DNA from: Phaeosaccion multiseriatum
Taxonomy: Eukaryota > Protista > Ochrophyta, other classes
Direction of reading: 5' to 3'
NCBI GenBank assembly: GCA_965112735.1
Contig: OZ218957.1
Coordinates: 3,348,001 to 3,412,000, forward strand
DNA length: 64,000 nt
Shown here: positions 39,114-53,201 of the stretch, one piece after another
Numbering within the stretch: position 1 is the first letter of the stretch
How the letters are laid out: every line of letters starts with the position of its first letter
Translations under genes and position numbers: made by a program
Notes under the pieces: model-generated
Told to the model about the DNA's origin: nothing
The model's input: the letters and a program-made list of their open reading frames with translations, nothing else
Database searches by the model: none

Positions 39114-39838
39114 CTACTCTTTCCCCTTGGGCGGCGCCAGCCCTCTCCTCAAGAGCTCAATCTCGTTGAGGAGCCCTTCGAGCCCCCCCCTGGGTCCGAG
39201 CACGTCCTCCTGCCACTGCCTCCAGTCCTCCCCCTCTGCCTGCAGATCCGCCAAGCGGAGCAGCATAGCCTTGCCGGTCCTGCCCATATGACTGCTGCTG
39301 TTCTTGCTGCCGCTGCTCTCGCCAACCCCCCCCAAGCCCACTCCTCCGCCTCCGTCTGCCTCGCCTTGCTGGTCTGGACAGTCCCCATGTCTGTCACCAC
39401 ATTCACCATGGTCGTCGCCAACCCCGATTCTGTCTTGGACCTCTCTGTTCTGCATCCTGCTACCAGGCTGCTGCTGATGCTGCTGCTGTTGTATCACCAA
39501 CTGCTGCTGCGTGTGGAGCTGATTGCTCCTCTTGTCGTCCTCCAGCTCTGCCAGAGAGATGTGCAAGGCCGCCAGCTCCGTTCTGCCCGAAGCGTACTGC
39601 GCACTCCGCTGCTGCCACTCCAACAACAGCGACTCTATGGCCAACAGCTGGCATCTCAACTGCCCCTGCGTATCCGATTCAGCAGTTGGTGGTACAGCAG
39701 TCTGTGACACACATACACCAGTTGGTGATACATCCGCCTCCGCCCTCCTTGCCGCTTCGTTCTCCCTCGCCTCCTCCCCAGGCCCGCCATCAGCACCACC
39801 CTCTCGCCGCCACCGGTCCTGTTGCGGCTGTATCACCA

Positions 39839-39871
<33 letters not shown>

Positions 39872-42800
39872 GCCACTTGTCGATCCCGTGAGACTGAGGA
39901 GGAGCAGACGTGTCCTGCTCTTGCGGGGGAATGTCCATCACCCCTGGGACGCTCTCCTGGACATGAGGAGGAGGAGGAAGAGGAGGAGGGGACTCCAGCA
40001 CCCCCTCCCCTCTGCTGCTGCTACCGCAACTATTGCGGCCGCTGCTGCTGCTGCTACTACCGCTGCGACTACTGCCACTGCTGCCGCTGCTACTGCTAGT
40101 GTGGGTGCCCCTGCTACTGCGGCTTTCACAACTGCCGCCGGATCTCCCGCTCCTGCTGCTTTCCCTCCTGCTACAGCTGCGGCTGCTGCATCTGCTGCAA
40201 CTGCTACTCCGTGTTTCCTTCCTCATGCCTGCGCGTGGCCTTGGTTGCCTCTCCGGGGACCCACTGAAGAAGAGCCGTGTCTCCTCCCCGCTCTCCCCAT
40301 CCACATGGCCAATGAAGATCCCTCTCTCCTCCCCGCTCTCACTATCAACATGGCCAAGTCCAAGTCGGTGTCTTTGCTCCTCGTCAGCCCCCCCCCCTCC
40401 TCCTTCCCCTCCTCTGCTGAGCCCCGCCCACGCCCCTGCGCCATCATCGTCATCATCATCCTGATCCGTGTCATGATCAGAGCCCTCATCATGAGCAGTT
40501 GGTGATACATCAGCAGCATTCGTGCAGTCGTTCCACGCCGTCGACAAGTGGCCTCGAGACTGCTGCTGCTGCTCCTGTTGTATCACCAACCGCTGCTGCT
40601 GCTGCTGCTGCTGCTGCGTCCTCTGCCGGCTTCTCCCCCCGCCGCTATGCTCGAAGGCGCTACCGTCACACGAATGCAAGCGATTGAGCTCATCGACTAT
40701 CCAAGAGGGCAGCACTGACCCTGATCCTCCAGCCCGGCTGTGGCGGTAACTATAAGTCGCAGGCGATGCATCGCCCGCCCCATCCACTGCCATCCCCCCG
40801 CCCCCCGCCTTCTCCAGGAGCAGCTCCAAGGGCCGTCGCGGCTGCTGACGCCCCCCCCGCATCGTTGTACAGATGCTGCTGCTGCTGCTTCGCTCACCGG
40901 CGTAAGTACTGGTATCGACAGCAGCACCAGTAGTAGTTGGTGATACAACAGAAGCAATAGGGGCAGTAGCAGCAGCATCTGTACGACGAGTAGAAGAGAT
41001 CCGTTCCGCTGTATCACCAACTGCTTCTTCCGCCACCCCTCCTCCTCCTCCCAGCCCTCCTCTCGCAGGGTGCGGGTGGTACGATGGCAGCCGATGGCGT
41101 GGGGAGGGGAGCGGGGCGAGCGGAGGCGGGGTGGGAGGAGGGGGCGGGAGAGGACGACGCGGGGGCCGTGCAGCAGCAGCACCTGCAGCGGTTGGTAATA
41201 CACCAGAGCTGGACACGGCACCACCCCTCCCGCCCAGCGGATGGTACCAAGGTGGGCAAGAAGAAGGAGAAGAAGAAGAAGCGAAACGCCAGTCTGAAGA
41301 TGCTCCTCCTCCCGCCGCCGCTGCTGCTGTATCACCAACTGCTGGTGGTGCTGGTGGTGGTGGTGGCTGTGGTGGTGGTGGTGATGGTGGCTGTGGTGGT
41401 GGTGCAGCGAAGGAGGACGTCAAGAGGAAGAGCGAGTCCCTCGGCATCGATGTCGAAGTCGATGTCGAAGTCGATTGCCCTCGAAGGAGCTTGCGGGCCC
41501 TTGCAACTGCCCTCCAGTGACGCGCATAGAAACCCACCCTCTCCCACAGATGGCGTACACCCCGGGCCTGACAGTTGGCGGCACGTGCGATCCTTTCACG
41601 CTCCTGAATGTCTACCGAAGTGGCCCATCTATCAATCGGCCGATACAGCGCAGCAGGTGCGGGGGGGGGGGGAGCGTAGGAGGGAAGGAGATTAGGGGGG
41701 AAGGGAGAGCGAGGAGGGAGAGAGGGGAGGAGGGAGAGAGGGGAGGAGATTAGGGGGGAAGGGAGAGCGAGGAGGGAGAGAGGGGAGGAGGGAGAGCGAG
41801 GAGGGAGAGAGGGGAGGAGGGAGAGAGGGGAGATGGACGTGAGGAGGTTTCGTTCAATCAAGACAGAGAGCAATTTCACTTGTTCGTCTGTTTCTTGTTT
41901 GTGTTTGTCTGTTTGTCTGGCCCCTCTTCCTCACCCACCCACGCACGCACCCACCCACGCACCTACCCACCCACGCACGCACCCACCCACCTACCCACCC
42001 ATCCATCCATCCACGCCATCCACCCACCCACCTACCCACCCACCCACCCACCCACCCACCTACCCACCCACCCATCCACTCACTCACCTCGTGGCTCCCT
42101 CCGTGAGCAGGGCTGTGCGCCTCCACGTGGCGGCCCTCTGCGCCCTCCTCCTCTTCCACTTGCAGCGTTCCGTGTACCACACCAGAGCACGCCAAGAACG
42201 GCGCTCGGTCTGGATCTTCCACAGCCTATGGGGACGGGGAGAGAGGGGGAAGGGAGGGAGGGGGGAGGGGGAGGGAAGGGGGAGGAGGGGGGGGGGGAGG
42301 GGAAGCGGGGGAGGCGATCGATCGCATGAGGTCAAAAGGGTGAGAAAGAGGGCAGCAGAGGACAGGTGTATGTTTGTAAGCAGGCAGGCAGGCAGGCAGG
42401 CAGGTGTCTCTTTCCTCTAATCCTTGCTTCCTTCCTACCGTGTTTCCCCCCCTCCTGCCTGCCGTATTTCCCTCCTTCCTTCCTCCCTCCCTCCCCTCCC
42501 CTCCCCTCCCTCCCTCCCTCCCTCCCTCCCTCCCTCCCTCCCTCCCTCCCTCCCCTCCTTCCGCCCTTCCGTCAGCTTCCTGATACTCACCGGAGGGCAG
42601 TGCAGAAGTCCTTCCTTGCTTGTCGACACGCCTGTGTGGCCAGGAGCATTCCCCGGAAAGCCCTCCTCGCGCACACGAGCTCCGCATGCACCCGGGCCCT
42701 GTCGCTCTTCCTCCTCTCCTCCCGCACCTCGCCCATATGCCCCTGCCACGCCGCCCACACCCTCCAAGACAGTTTCATCTGAGCGTGACCACGGGCCCGC

Positions 42801-45800
42801 AGAGCTGCCACGTGTCGAACAGCCTGCTTCTGATGCCACTCGACCCAGCGGGGGAGGGCTCGTTGCAGGTGTTTGAGGGCGGTGGTGGTGGAGAAGTTGG
42901 TGATACGGGCGGTGGCCACTGCTCGGCGCACTCCGGCGGCTTGAGCGGTGCTGTGCCAGCTCTGTTGTGTTGTGGGAGGGAAAGAGGGGGGGAGGAGGTA
43001 GGGGGGGGGGTGAACAGAGTGAGAAGAGAGAGAGGCAGAGAAACAAGAGAGGGAGAGGGAGAGAATCAATGACTGAGCAGAGAGGTTAGGAGTAGGGGAG
43101 GGAGGAGGGAGGACAGACAGAGACAGGGAGGGAGGGAGGGGGGCAAACAGAGAGGGCGCAAGGAAGGCGGAGAGAGAGGGAGCGAGAGAGGGGGGAGAGG
43201 AGGAGGGGAGGAGGGGCGTTGTACGCACGTGAAGGAGCATCTTGCAGCTCCGCTCCTCCATCTTGTGTAAGCTCCGGGCCTCGTCCCTGCGGCGGAGGGC
43301 TCGGGAGGCAGAGAACGCTCTCCAGCCCAGCAGACTCTGACAAGGGCACAGATGGCACAAGATGGAGTGCGCGTGTGATGGAGGAATATGGGGGGGAGAG
43401 GGGGAAGGCGAGTGAGTGAGTGAGTGATGATGAGCAGCGCGAGTCCTGACACCCCTCACCCCTCTGTCCTGACACTCCTCACCCTCCGTCCTGACACCCC
43501 TCCACAACCCTCTGCTCTCCCCTCACCTTGCCCTGCCCTGCCCCCCGCAGAGCTCTGTCCGCAGAGAGCATGGCCGCTCGCTCCCTCACGCCCCCCCGGG
43601 TCAACCCCCTCCATCGCTGCATTGCTTGCGTCAAGGCCCAGCACCGCTCCTGCAGAAGGGCCAATTCCTTCGCCTCGGCCAAGCTGCTCGCCCTCTGCGT
43701 CGCCCCTCTCCACCTCCGTAGGACAGCAGCCTTTCTCCCCCCCCCTCCTCCTCCCCCTCCCCACCTTCCTCCTGCTTGGTGCCTCCCTCCTCCTACCGTA
43801 GGGCATGCCATCACAACACCATCACCCGACGAGGCGTCTGCATCAGCAGAGCTCACACCCTCCCAGGCGCCAGCACCCCCCCCCCCCCCGTGTACGCGTA
43901 TTTGCTCGCCCCCCCCATCGCCCTCCCCCTCCCCCTCAACCTCAACCTCATGCTCCACTTCTTCATCCTCGCAGTCGCCAGCAGCGGCATTCTCATCATC
44001 ATCACCATCATCATTGGGGTGCCTAGTCAAGAACCCTCCTAAACTCCCTCCTCCTCCTCCTCCTCCTCCTCCTCTTGGGGCGACAATACCGAGCCCTTCC
44101 TCCCCGCCTCCCCACCCCCCCGCCCACCCTCCTCCCCAACCTCCTCCTCGGGCCCGCACCTCGTCGATCGCCCTAAGCCTTGCGTGCTTCTCCACACGCT
44201 GCGCCACATACCCACTCCAGCGCTCAAAGACTTTCCGAGTCCGCGGCCGCCCCACCCTGCGCCGGTCCTGCCTGGGTCCAACAAAGTCGTCAGTCCAGCG
44301 CCTCCACACCCTTGCGAGGCACGTGCGACGGGCCACTCCCGCAGCGCCCTCCATGGCCTCCCTCTCGCTCCTCTCCCGGTGCAGCACATCCACCCAATTG
44401 GCCCAGCATCGGGTCTGCAGCCCCCGAGCCGCCCATGCTTGGGCAGTCTGTTTCCCTCTCTTGTGGCGCTGCTTCCTCTCGTGTGCGCATCTCCATGCCT
44501 CCCACCCCCTCTCCAGCCCCCTGCGTGCCCACCCCCTCTGCGCGCACCGCTCCCCGCGTACTAACTTGTCCTGTCGAGCGTCCACATCAGCGCGTAGAGC
44601 AGAGTGTGTTCGCCACTCTCTCACGCCCCTCCTTGCCAGGTGTCCCTCCCACAGCCGAGCGCAGGCCAGGGTCCTCTCTCGCTGCCCCGACAGGCTTCTC
44701 GTGCGCGGCAGCCACATCCCAAAGGCCGCATGTTGTAACCGTCGCCGCCGCCTCCGGAGCCCTAACAACGTCCTCTGTCGGCAAATGGCCCCCTCAGCGG
44801 CCACTCGGCGCCACCTCTGGAGCAGCATGCACGTGGATGCGGACGCGGTCACCATTGATGCGATGAGTACGCTACCCACTCGACGAGGATGCCCTTTGGT
44901 GCGCGTCGTCAAGTGCCATCTCCCCTCCGCCCCTGCCGCTGCCCCTGCTGGTGCTAGCATCCCGTCTTCCTTGCTCTCGCTCTCCCCCTCCCCGGAGACG
45001 CCCTCCTCCTCCTCCTGCTGCTGCAGCGGCTGCTCCTGTACCATCAACTGCTGTGGCGGTGGCTGTTGCTGCCGGACACGGGTCAGCCCTCCTCCGGCGG
45101 CCTTTATCGCTATCGCCTTGCGGATCTGACTCCTCCCATGCCATGCCGAGAGGCTTGACCTCATCAGTCTGCGGGCAGGGCAGGGCATCCCATTTTAGAG
45201 AATACATCCCTCTAAACTCCTCTCCCTCCCTCCCTCCCTCCCTCCCTCCTTCCCTCCTTCCCTCCTTCCCTCCCTCCCTCCCTCCTCCTCACTCACCTCA
45301 TGTAGCAGTGGTGGTCTCCCTCAGCCCCCATGTCCCTCTGCTCCGCCCGCCGCAGGAGCAAACCCTCCAGCGCCCGCATCGCTCGCACCTTCCCGTGGAT
45401 AGACCAACACCAACAGGCGTACGGACAAAGGGCAGCAAGTTTCGGTTTCAGTTTTTAGGTTGGCAGCAAATGATTGTCGACCAAGAAGAGGTCGATCGAA
45501 TATCGAATATCGAATATCGAATATCGAATATCGAATGCTTCAGGCTCTTCTTGCCTACCTTGCCCGCCCTTCGGTGCCACTCCTCCAGCCGCTGCCTCTC
45601 CCCCTCGCCGTGGCGTTTCACCACTGTGTGCATGGCCAAGGCGACGAAGCAGCGTCTCGTGAGCCCGCCCGCCCACCGCTTCAGCGCCCTTTCGGTCCTC
45701 TCCCGGTGGGCCTTGTGTCCCCTCACGGCCTGCCTCCAGCTCTCCAAGTGCCGCTTCAGGGCACTCCGCTGGGCCGCTGTGGCCGTGGCTGTCAGAGGTG

Positions 45801-46528
45801 TCAGGCTAGTCAAGGCCTTGGCCTTTTCCTGTGCTCGCCGTTGCAGCCGGCTATGGCAGCTGAAGCGTAGCCACTCGCGCAAACACGCCGACCCGCACAC
45901 CCTCAGCCGCTGCCGAGAGAGGGTCCCTTCTCTCTGCCGAACGTTCTCCGGCTGGCGACGCCTAACTCGCTGAGAGGCGTGGACAACTAACCCGTGCAGC
46001 CCCCTCTGCTGCCGCACGAAGTCGTGGTGCCCGTGAGCGGCGACCTTCAGGCGAAGGGCAGTCCATCTGTGAGATTGAAGGCACACACAGCAGGCGAGGT
46101 GGTGGGACAGAGCGAGAAAGAGGGGACAAAGGGCACCACAAGCCACAGAAACAAGTGAGTGAGTGAGTGAGTGAGTGAGAAGTCAGTCCAACGCGCCGGG
46201 GGGTGGGTGGGTTGTACCATCCATGCAACCCAAATCACTCACTTAGTTCTTCCTTCCTTCCTTCCTTCCTTCCTTCCTTCCTTCCTTCCTTCCTTTGTTT
46301 CTTCCTTCCTTTCTTGTACGACTGAGTCTCACCTCGACTGGGAAAACAGCTTCCACCCGCGAAGCGCTTTGCTCGTCGCCAGTACGGGTGCCAGTCTCCT
46401 GGCCAGCAGCAGTGAGAGGGCCTCCTTTGCGAAGTGCTTCCATTGGGCCACAACTCGCACTGCCAGCTCACGCCTTCGCTGCTGTCGAGTAGTCGCTGGT
46501 CCCTGCAGTATCACCAACTGCTGCTCCT

Positions 46529-46559
<31 letters not shown>

Positions 46560-47480
46560 TGCGTGGGGAAGGGGGGGGGCGTGGGCCAGCGAGACACCGT
46601 CGCTGCTGCCGCTTCGCCTTCGCCTTCGTTCCCTGCTGCTGTCTCCGCCAGCCTCTTCGCCTCGCTGCTGTTGCGGCTGATGCTTTTCCCTCTTGACAAA
46701 CAAGACTCTTGCCTGGTCCAGGCCCCCACCAATGCCGCTGCGAATACCCTCACTTGCCATACTCGCCTCATGGGTCCCTGCTGCTACTGCTGGTGCTGCT
46801 GCTCCTGCTGCTTTCCCTCCTTCTGTCCCGGACTGGACCGATCCCCCCCCCCCTCCCCTGACGGCTCCTGAAGCCTGTGATTGCCGGTACCCTGCTGCAC
46901 GGCGAGGGGGGAGGCCGGAGGGGGAGGCATACGAGATGGAGACGCGAGGCCTTCCATCTCCATCAAGGGAAGACCCTCGCCGCCTCTGCTGCTGGTGATG
47001 CTGCTTCCTGGCAGATGCGTTTGCGGGGGAGAAGCTTCGATGAGCTCTCCCACCACTACCGCGGCCTTCTTCCGTACGCACTCCGCCACTCCCTCCTCCT
47101 CCTCGTCCTCCTCGGCGAGGCGGCCCCTCCCCCCGGTCTTGCCGTCTCACCTTGCTGTCCGCCTCTTTCATGCGAGCCTCCACTCGTCGCGTCACCTCAG
47201 CAACCACCGCAGACACGCTTCCTGGCTCTGTTGCTGCTACTGCTGCTGCTGCTCCTCGCTGGGCAACTCCAGTGGCTTTCGCTCCGGGTGCTCCTGGTGC
47301 TTCTGTTTGTGGCGACGCAGTGGATGCAGTTCCTGCTACACCTGCTGCTACTGCCGTTGCCGGCCCTGGCTGCAGACGTGGTGCTTCTGCCCGGGGCATC
47401 GCAGGGTCCTGGGGGCAGTCGAGGCAGAGTTGCTGGGCTGCCTCCTCAACTTGTGCTCTCGCCGCGCCGGCCCACCCTTT
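39114..47480 (-). CDS. Sfi1-like centrin-binding repeat (centriole/SPB) protein, multi-exon; start codon uncertain (47399-47629)
   Basis: Numerous Trp-anchored helical repeats fitting A-x7-L-x3-F/L-x2-W-R/K: ARRGLERGWEAWR, LQTRCWANWV, LARVWRRWT, RKVFERWS, AAVLRRWR, LKRHLESWR, SKALRGWK. C-terminal coiled coil. Confidence 0.7.
45496..45537. repeat. (ATCGAAT)x6 heptamer repeat
   Basis: Direct reading. Confidence 0.9.
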
Positions 47481-47629
47481 TTAGGTCAGGGCTTAGTCTC
47501 CGGGCCGAGAGGGCCCATCATAAAGGGTACAGAGGCAGTGGCCACAAGCAGTCCATGTAGCATCTGCTTCTCTTTCAGGCTGCTGGAAGGTGTGATCGTG
47601 AGTTCAAATGGAGGCAGATGGCACTCCAT

Positions 47630-47743
47630 GGATCGCCGTTGGGTTTTTCGATTTTTCTCGCTCGAGATCTCAAGACAGGACAGCTCAGGTGTCTTGGATA
47701 TCGATCTTGGCGGCTTTGCCGCTCCACAAAGGAGAGCCTGGCG
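47630..47743. promoter_or_regulatory. Candidate compact bidirectional promoter between the Sfi1-like gene and MPS1
   Basis: Divergent starts. The spacer contains an MSA-like CCCAACGG (revcomp of ccgttggg, ~47636), TTGGCGGC and a caagaca...tgtcttg stem. Confidence 0.4.
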
Positions 47744-50700
47744 ATGATGGGCGACAAGGAGAACGTGGCGATTCCTCTGCGAAGAGCAACAGGGGCTGCT
47801 GGGCATCCAAATGCCAAGAAGAGCCTTGGTCCGAGAGGGGCCGGCCTGTCCTTGAAGGCGACTCTGGGCACGCCTGCCAGGGCCTCTCTCAAGAGGGGCC
47901 TAGAGGAGCAGCATAAACAGGTAAAGCAGGGCAGGCATCTTATGGTCTCTATTCATTATCCGTATCCATCTGCATCTCTTCTCATGTGTATCTTGCCTGA
48001 ACCTCTTTCCCTCTTCAGAAAGCGATGCTGCCGCTCAGCCCAACCAGTCCTCTGGCGTTGAACGTGGACGACATTCTCTTGGGGGACAGCAGCAGCAATA
48101 GCGGTAGCGATGTTACCGCGGAGTACCGTGGGCAGCAGCGCTTTCAGCAGCATCTATCTCAGTCCGGCCCCATGTACTCTGATGCACCCGTCGGGGTGCC
48201 CCAGCAGCGCCCCACAAAGGCACCATCGTCATCATCGTCATCGTCATCTTTAGTCGCCTCGGCCACGACACCAAAGCCAGCGGGAGCGAGAGTTAGCATG
48301 GACATTAGTCATATTACATCGTGGTCACCTACCAAGTCTCGTGAGAATGGCTGCAGACAGTCGGCAGCTGCGGGCGCTGCAGTAGCCAACAGAGACAAGG
48401 GGAGAGTAGCTGCTGCAGGCCACAGAGGGAGGGGCGGAGAAGTAAAAGCACTAGCAGCGACCGCAGCAGTGGGCAGCCGCGGCGGATTCAAGACTGCAAC
48501 GAAGGCCGCGTCTTCTTCCCTCTCAGCGTCTTCTTCTCTTCAAACTGCCCCACGGGTTCGACCCCGCATGCTGGGTATCGGAGGGGGTCCATTGAGAGTG
48601 GGAGAGGCCAAGGAGGGAAGCGAGGACAGCGACAACGATATCGGCGATGAGGATGATGAGGATGAGGATGTCACCGCAGACGCGGGGAACGGACGTCACC
48701 CACCCCCGCCCTCGAACACACCCACCTATCGAAGCTCCTTCCACTCCTCCTCCTCCTCCTCCTCCTCGTCGTCGTCCTCTTCCTCCTCTCCCTACACCGA
48801 GAATGTAGATACTGGTGGTGGTAGTGGTGTGAACGATGTGAGGCCCTTTGCGCTTCCGTCGGTGGAGGAGGAGGTCCGTCCGACTGCCCCACTGTCTGTG
48901 ATTAGGGAGAGCACTGAAGGAGAGCGAGAAGCAGCAGCAGCAGCAGCAGCAGCAGGAGTGGAGCTCGGAGGACGACGACGAGGAGGAGGAGGCAGAGGGG
49001 CTCTCAGGGCAAGTGCAACTTCGTCGGCGACCCCATCAGGAGGAGGAGGAAGACGAGGCAGCACTCTCGCCCGTGATTCGCATCCAGCTGTGCCCCCCCC
49101 CTCCTCCTCGCTCTCGTCCTCCTCTGCAGTTTTAGCTTCAGCCCCCTCCTCCGACCTATACCCGTCTGAGCATTCAGCGGCTCCGAGCACTGGAGGCGTC
49201 AAAGCTTCTTCTGGCAGAGGCAGCGGCGCGCCGAAAGCTGAAGCGGCAGCAGCTCTATCAGCGAGCGGCGTGGGAGGAGAAGGAGGAGCAAGGCGAGGAG
49301 GACGAGGAGGAGAAGGAGGGGACACTCAGAGGAAAGACGTGGAAGCACAGAGAAGAGCAACAGCAGAGCTGCTTTTGGACACGTCTGTGGAGAGTGACTT
49401 GAGCTTGGGCCTGACGGTTGGGGGCATATGGGGCATCCCCGCACGGCCGATGGTGCTCCCTCCCGTAGGAGTAGAGGAGGGTGACGGGCATGGGGATGGC
49501 AATGGACGGAGTGTCGAGGACAGCGATGGCAACGATGCTGACCACGCCCCGCACCCTGCCGTAGTCAAGCGTCTGTTGTCCGAGGGCGACCTATCGACGG
49601 CATCGGCAGCAGTTGGTGATACTGCAACAGCTCGAGGAGGAGGAGGAGGAGGGGAGGGGAGAATGGAGCGCGATAGCGCAGGAGAAGCGCCGACAGCAGA
49701 AGCAGCAGCAGTTGGTGGTACGGCAGCGGCGGCAGGGCAGGAGCATGACTGGTTAGATCGAATTGATCGGATCCGCCGCAACAGCAACACGCTTGCGAAT
49801 CTCCCTACCCACCTCCACATTCAGCCCACCGCACACCGCCAGCTGGAGGCGTCCCACAGCAGCAGTAGCAGTCCTGACACGAGGCTGAGCAACAGCAGAA
49901 GCGCAGCTGGCGGTTACAGCAACAGTCCCGAGCGGAGACCACTTGCAAGTGCAAGTACAAGCAGCAGTCATGACCCAGCCAACATCAACGCCAACATCAA
50001 CGCCAACATCAACGCCAACATCAACGCCGACATCAACAACACCAGTCGCGCCCAGAACGGCGACCATGGCGACAGCAGTGACCCCCGCCGTAGCCGTAGC
50101 CAAAGCCGCAGTTACAGCAGTGCGGAAGGTGCTGGTTGTAACGGCGATGGTAACGGTCATTCGGAAGCGCTTGATAGGCATAGAGCCGGAAGTGAGGCAG
50201 GAGGAGGAAGTCCAGGGGGTCGGAGCAGCTTCGGCAGCAGTAGCAGCACCACGGGGGGGGAGGGAGGAGGCGGGGTGACAGTGGGGAAGAAATTCAGTAG
50301 CCGCAGCAGCAGCCGCAGTAGCAGCGGCAGCGGAAGCGGCAGGAGGAGGAGCAGCAGCAGTGATGAGCATTTTTTCGGAGGAGGAGGAGGAGGAGGAGGA
50401 GGAGGAGTGTCTGAGAGGGACGGCAACAACAGGCTGGCGACAGCAGAATTCCGGCACGTCTTCGCGCCGCACAACGTCGTGGTGGTCAACGGAAAGAGCT
50501 ACGTTAAGATGGGCCTCATCGGGAAGGGGGGGAGCAGCAAGGTGGGTGCGCGCGTGCGTGCGTGCATGCGTGCGTAGGGGGGGGGTAGAGAGATTGATAG
50601 GCCTATGGACTGATAGATTCACCGCTTGCCCGTCTTGTCCATCTGTTGACCCGCCCTGTACCACCAACAGGTGTACCGCGTGCTATCCCCGGACTGCTCC

Positions 50701-52656
50701 GTGCTGGCACTCAAGAAGGTGCAGCTGGAGAGCGGCGACACGCAGGCCCTCCACAACTATGCCAATGAAATTGGTACGTACGCTACTTACAATACGGACA
50801 CTTTTCTCTCTCTCTCTTCTCCCTCTCTCTTTCCATCCCTCTGTCGCTTTTTCTCTTCATCTCCCTGTCGCGCCCCCCCTAGGTGCTCCTCTGTGTCTTT
50901 CCGTATCGTATCGCCCAAATGTAACCGTCCCTACCCAAATGTAACCGTCCCTACCCCGTCTGTCTGGTGTTGTGCGTCCGTGTCCTGATATTATGTGCCC
51001 CCCTGCCCATCCCCTTACCCTTCCTCTACCCTCTCGTCCCCTCTCGTCCCCTCTCCTATCCTCAGCCCTTCTGCAGCGCCTCCGCGGCGACCCTGCCATC
51101 ATTGGGCTCGTGGATGCCCAAGTAGAGGAGGCAAGCGGCACCATACACATGGTCATGGAGATCGGGGAGGTGGACCTGCACAATCTACTCCAGGTGGGTC
51201 AAGGGTTGTGTGCCAGGGTAGAAGGTGTCAGGTGTCAGGTGTGAGGTGTCAGGAGGCAGGCTCACCCATCACCCCCCGCCCCCCAACCAGGCCAAGAAGA
51301 GCGAGGGGCAAGGCATCGCTGGACAGCAGCGGCTCCCCTCGGGCCTGAGCCCCAACTTCGTTCGCCTGACCTGGCAGCAGATGCTCACGGCGGTGCGAGC
51401 CATGCACGAGCAGAGAGTGGTACATGGCGACCTCAAGCCTGCCAACTTTGTCTTCGCCAAGGGGGTGAGTGAGGGAGGGAGTGAGGGAGGGAGGGAGGGA
51501 GTGAGTAAGTGAGGGAGGGAGGGAGGGAGGGAGGGAGGGAGTGAGTGAGTGTGTGAGTGAGTGAGTGAGTGAGTGAGTGAGTGAGCAAAGGGTTCGGGTG
51601 GGGTGGGGTGGAGGTGAGCACACGACCACACACGCATGCACTCACACACACTCAAGAGAGAGAGAGAGACATACAAAGAGAGAGGGACAGACAGGAGACA
51701 AAAGCATACGTAACGTCGTACTGATTGATTCATCTTGGGGAAGAAGGAAGGCATGCGAGACATGCACCCGCCTCAGCTCTCTCTTACTCTTAAGCATCGT
51801 TATTAGCACCCTGTTCCATTAGTGCTTCGTTTGTTCAGTATCCGTGAACCCCCTTCCCTTCCTCTGCCCTCTCGCCCCTCATCCCTCATCCCTCTCCGAT
51901 TCACTCATCCACAACCCGCTCTTGATGACTTACTCATCGAAGGTGCTGAAGCTCATCGACTTCGGTATCGCTAAGACCATCAACAACGACACGACCAACA
52001 TCTCCAGGGAGAGCCAGGTAAGTCAGTGGGGAAGTGGGTGCGTGCGTCACAGATGCCAGTGGGTGCGTGGGTGCGTGGATGCATGGTTGCTTCCTCCTCC
52101 TCTGATGTACCGACCAATACCGATGCTTGCTTAGCGTCTCTCTGCCCCTGCCCTCCTCTGCCTTTCTTTCCCTTTGCCCTCATGATGGCGCGGTGGTTTG
52201 ACGGTTGCTTCCTCCCCTTCCTCCTCCCTCTTTCTCTCCCCCCCCCCCCTCCCCCCTCCCCCACCCCCTACCCACCCAACCACACCACTCACAGATGGGC
52301 ACTCTGAACTACATGTGTCCCGAGGCCCTCCTGGATACGGGCAAGGGACAGGTGGACCCCCGCACCGGCCAGAGGGGACAGCTTATGAAGCTGGGCAGGG
52401 CATCAGACACCTGGTCACTGGGCTGCATACTCTATCAGATGGTGTACGGACACACGCCCTTCAGCCATCTCAGATGGGTTCACAAGCTGCAGGTAGGTGT
52501 GGTTGGGTGTGGTTGGGTGTGAGGGTTGGGTACTGGGATGAGTTGTTGGGTTGGACTTGGGACTTGGGCAACTGCAACTGCAACTGCAACTGCAACTGGG
52601 AGGGAGGGTGGGGGGGATACACGTGTATGCGCTGTGGCCACACAGTGAGTGTGCAC

Positions 52657-52687
<31 letters not shown>

Positions 52688-53170
52688 GCATTGTCTCTTG
52701 TGGCGTCTTGACTGTGTGAAACGCTCATCCCTTCTTTTTCTCTGAAGGCTTGTTTCAATACGTGACACTCTACGCTGCCTACCTATGCAAACATGTCCTC
52801 ATGCTCGTCCGCGATCATCTTACGTATCCTCTTACGTATGTCCCCTCCACCCCTCCTCCCACCCCCACCGCCCCATCATTTCTTCCACCTTTCCTTCGTT
52901 GTCTCTTCCTTCCATCCCTTGCCATTCACTCAGGCCATTGTGAACCCCCAGCACGGTATCGAGTACCCGTCTCTTGCAGCACAGGACCCCTCACTGCTGG
53001 CGACGATGCGTCTTTGTCTGCAGAGAGATCCCGCCAAGCGCCCGGCCATCGACGGAGAAGGAGAAGGAGGAGGAGGAGGGGGGGGTCTGCTTGCACACGC
53101 CTACCTCAACCCCAGGGGCGTGGCTTGCAACCACCCTAGTCACCAGCACCCTCAGCACCCTCAGCACCAG

Positions 53171-53201
<31 letters not shown>

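Noticed and set aside
49979-50040. NINA x5 repeat in MPS1 as a functional domain
   Set aside because: A simple 12-bp slippage repeat in a disordered region.
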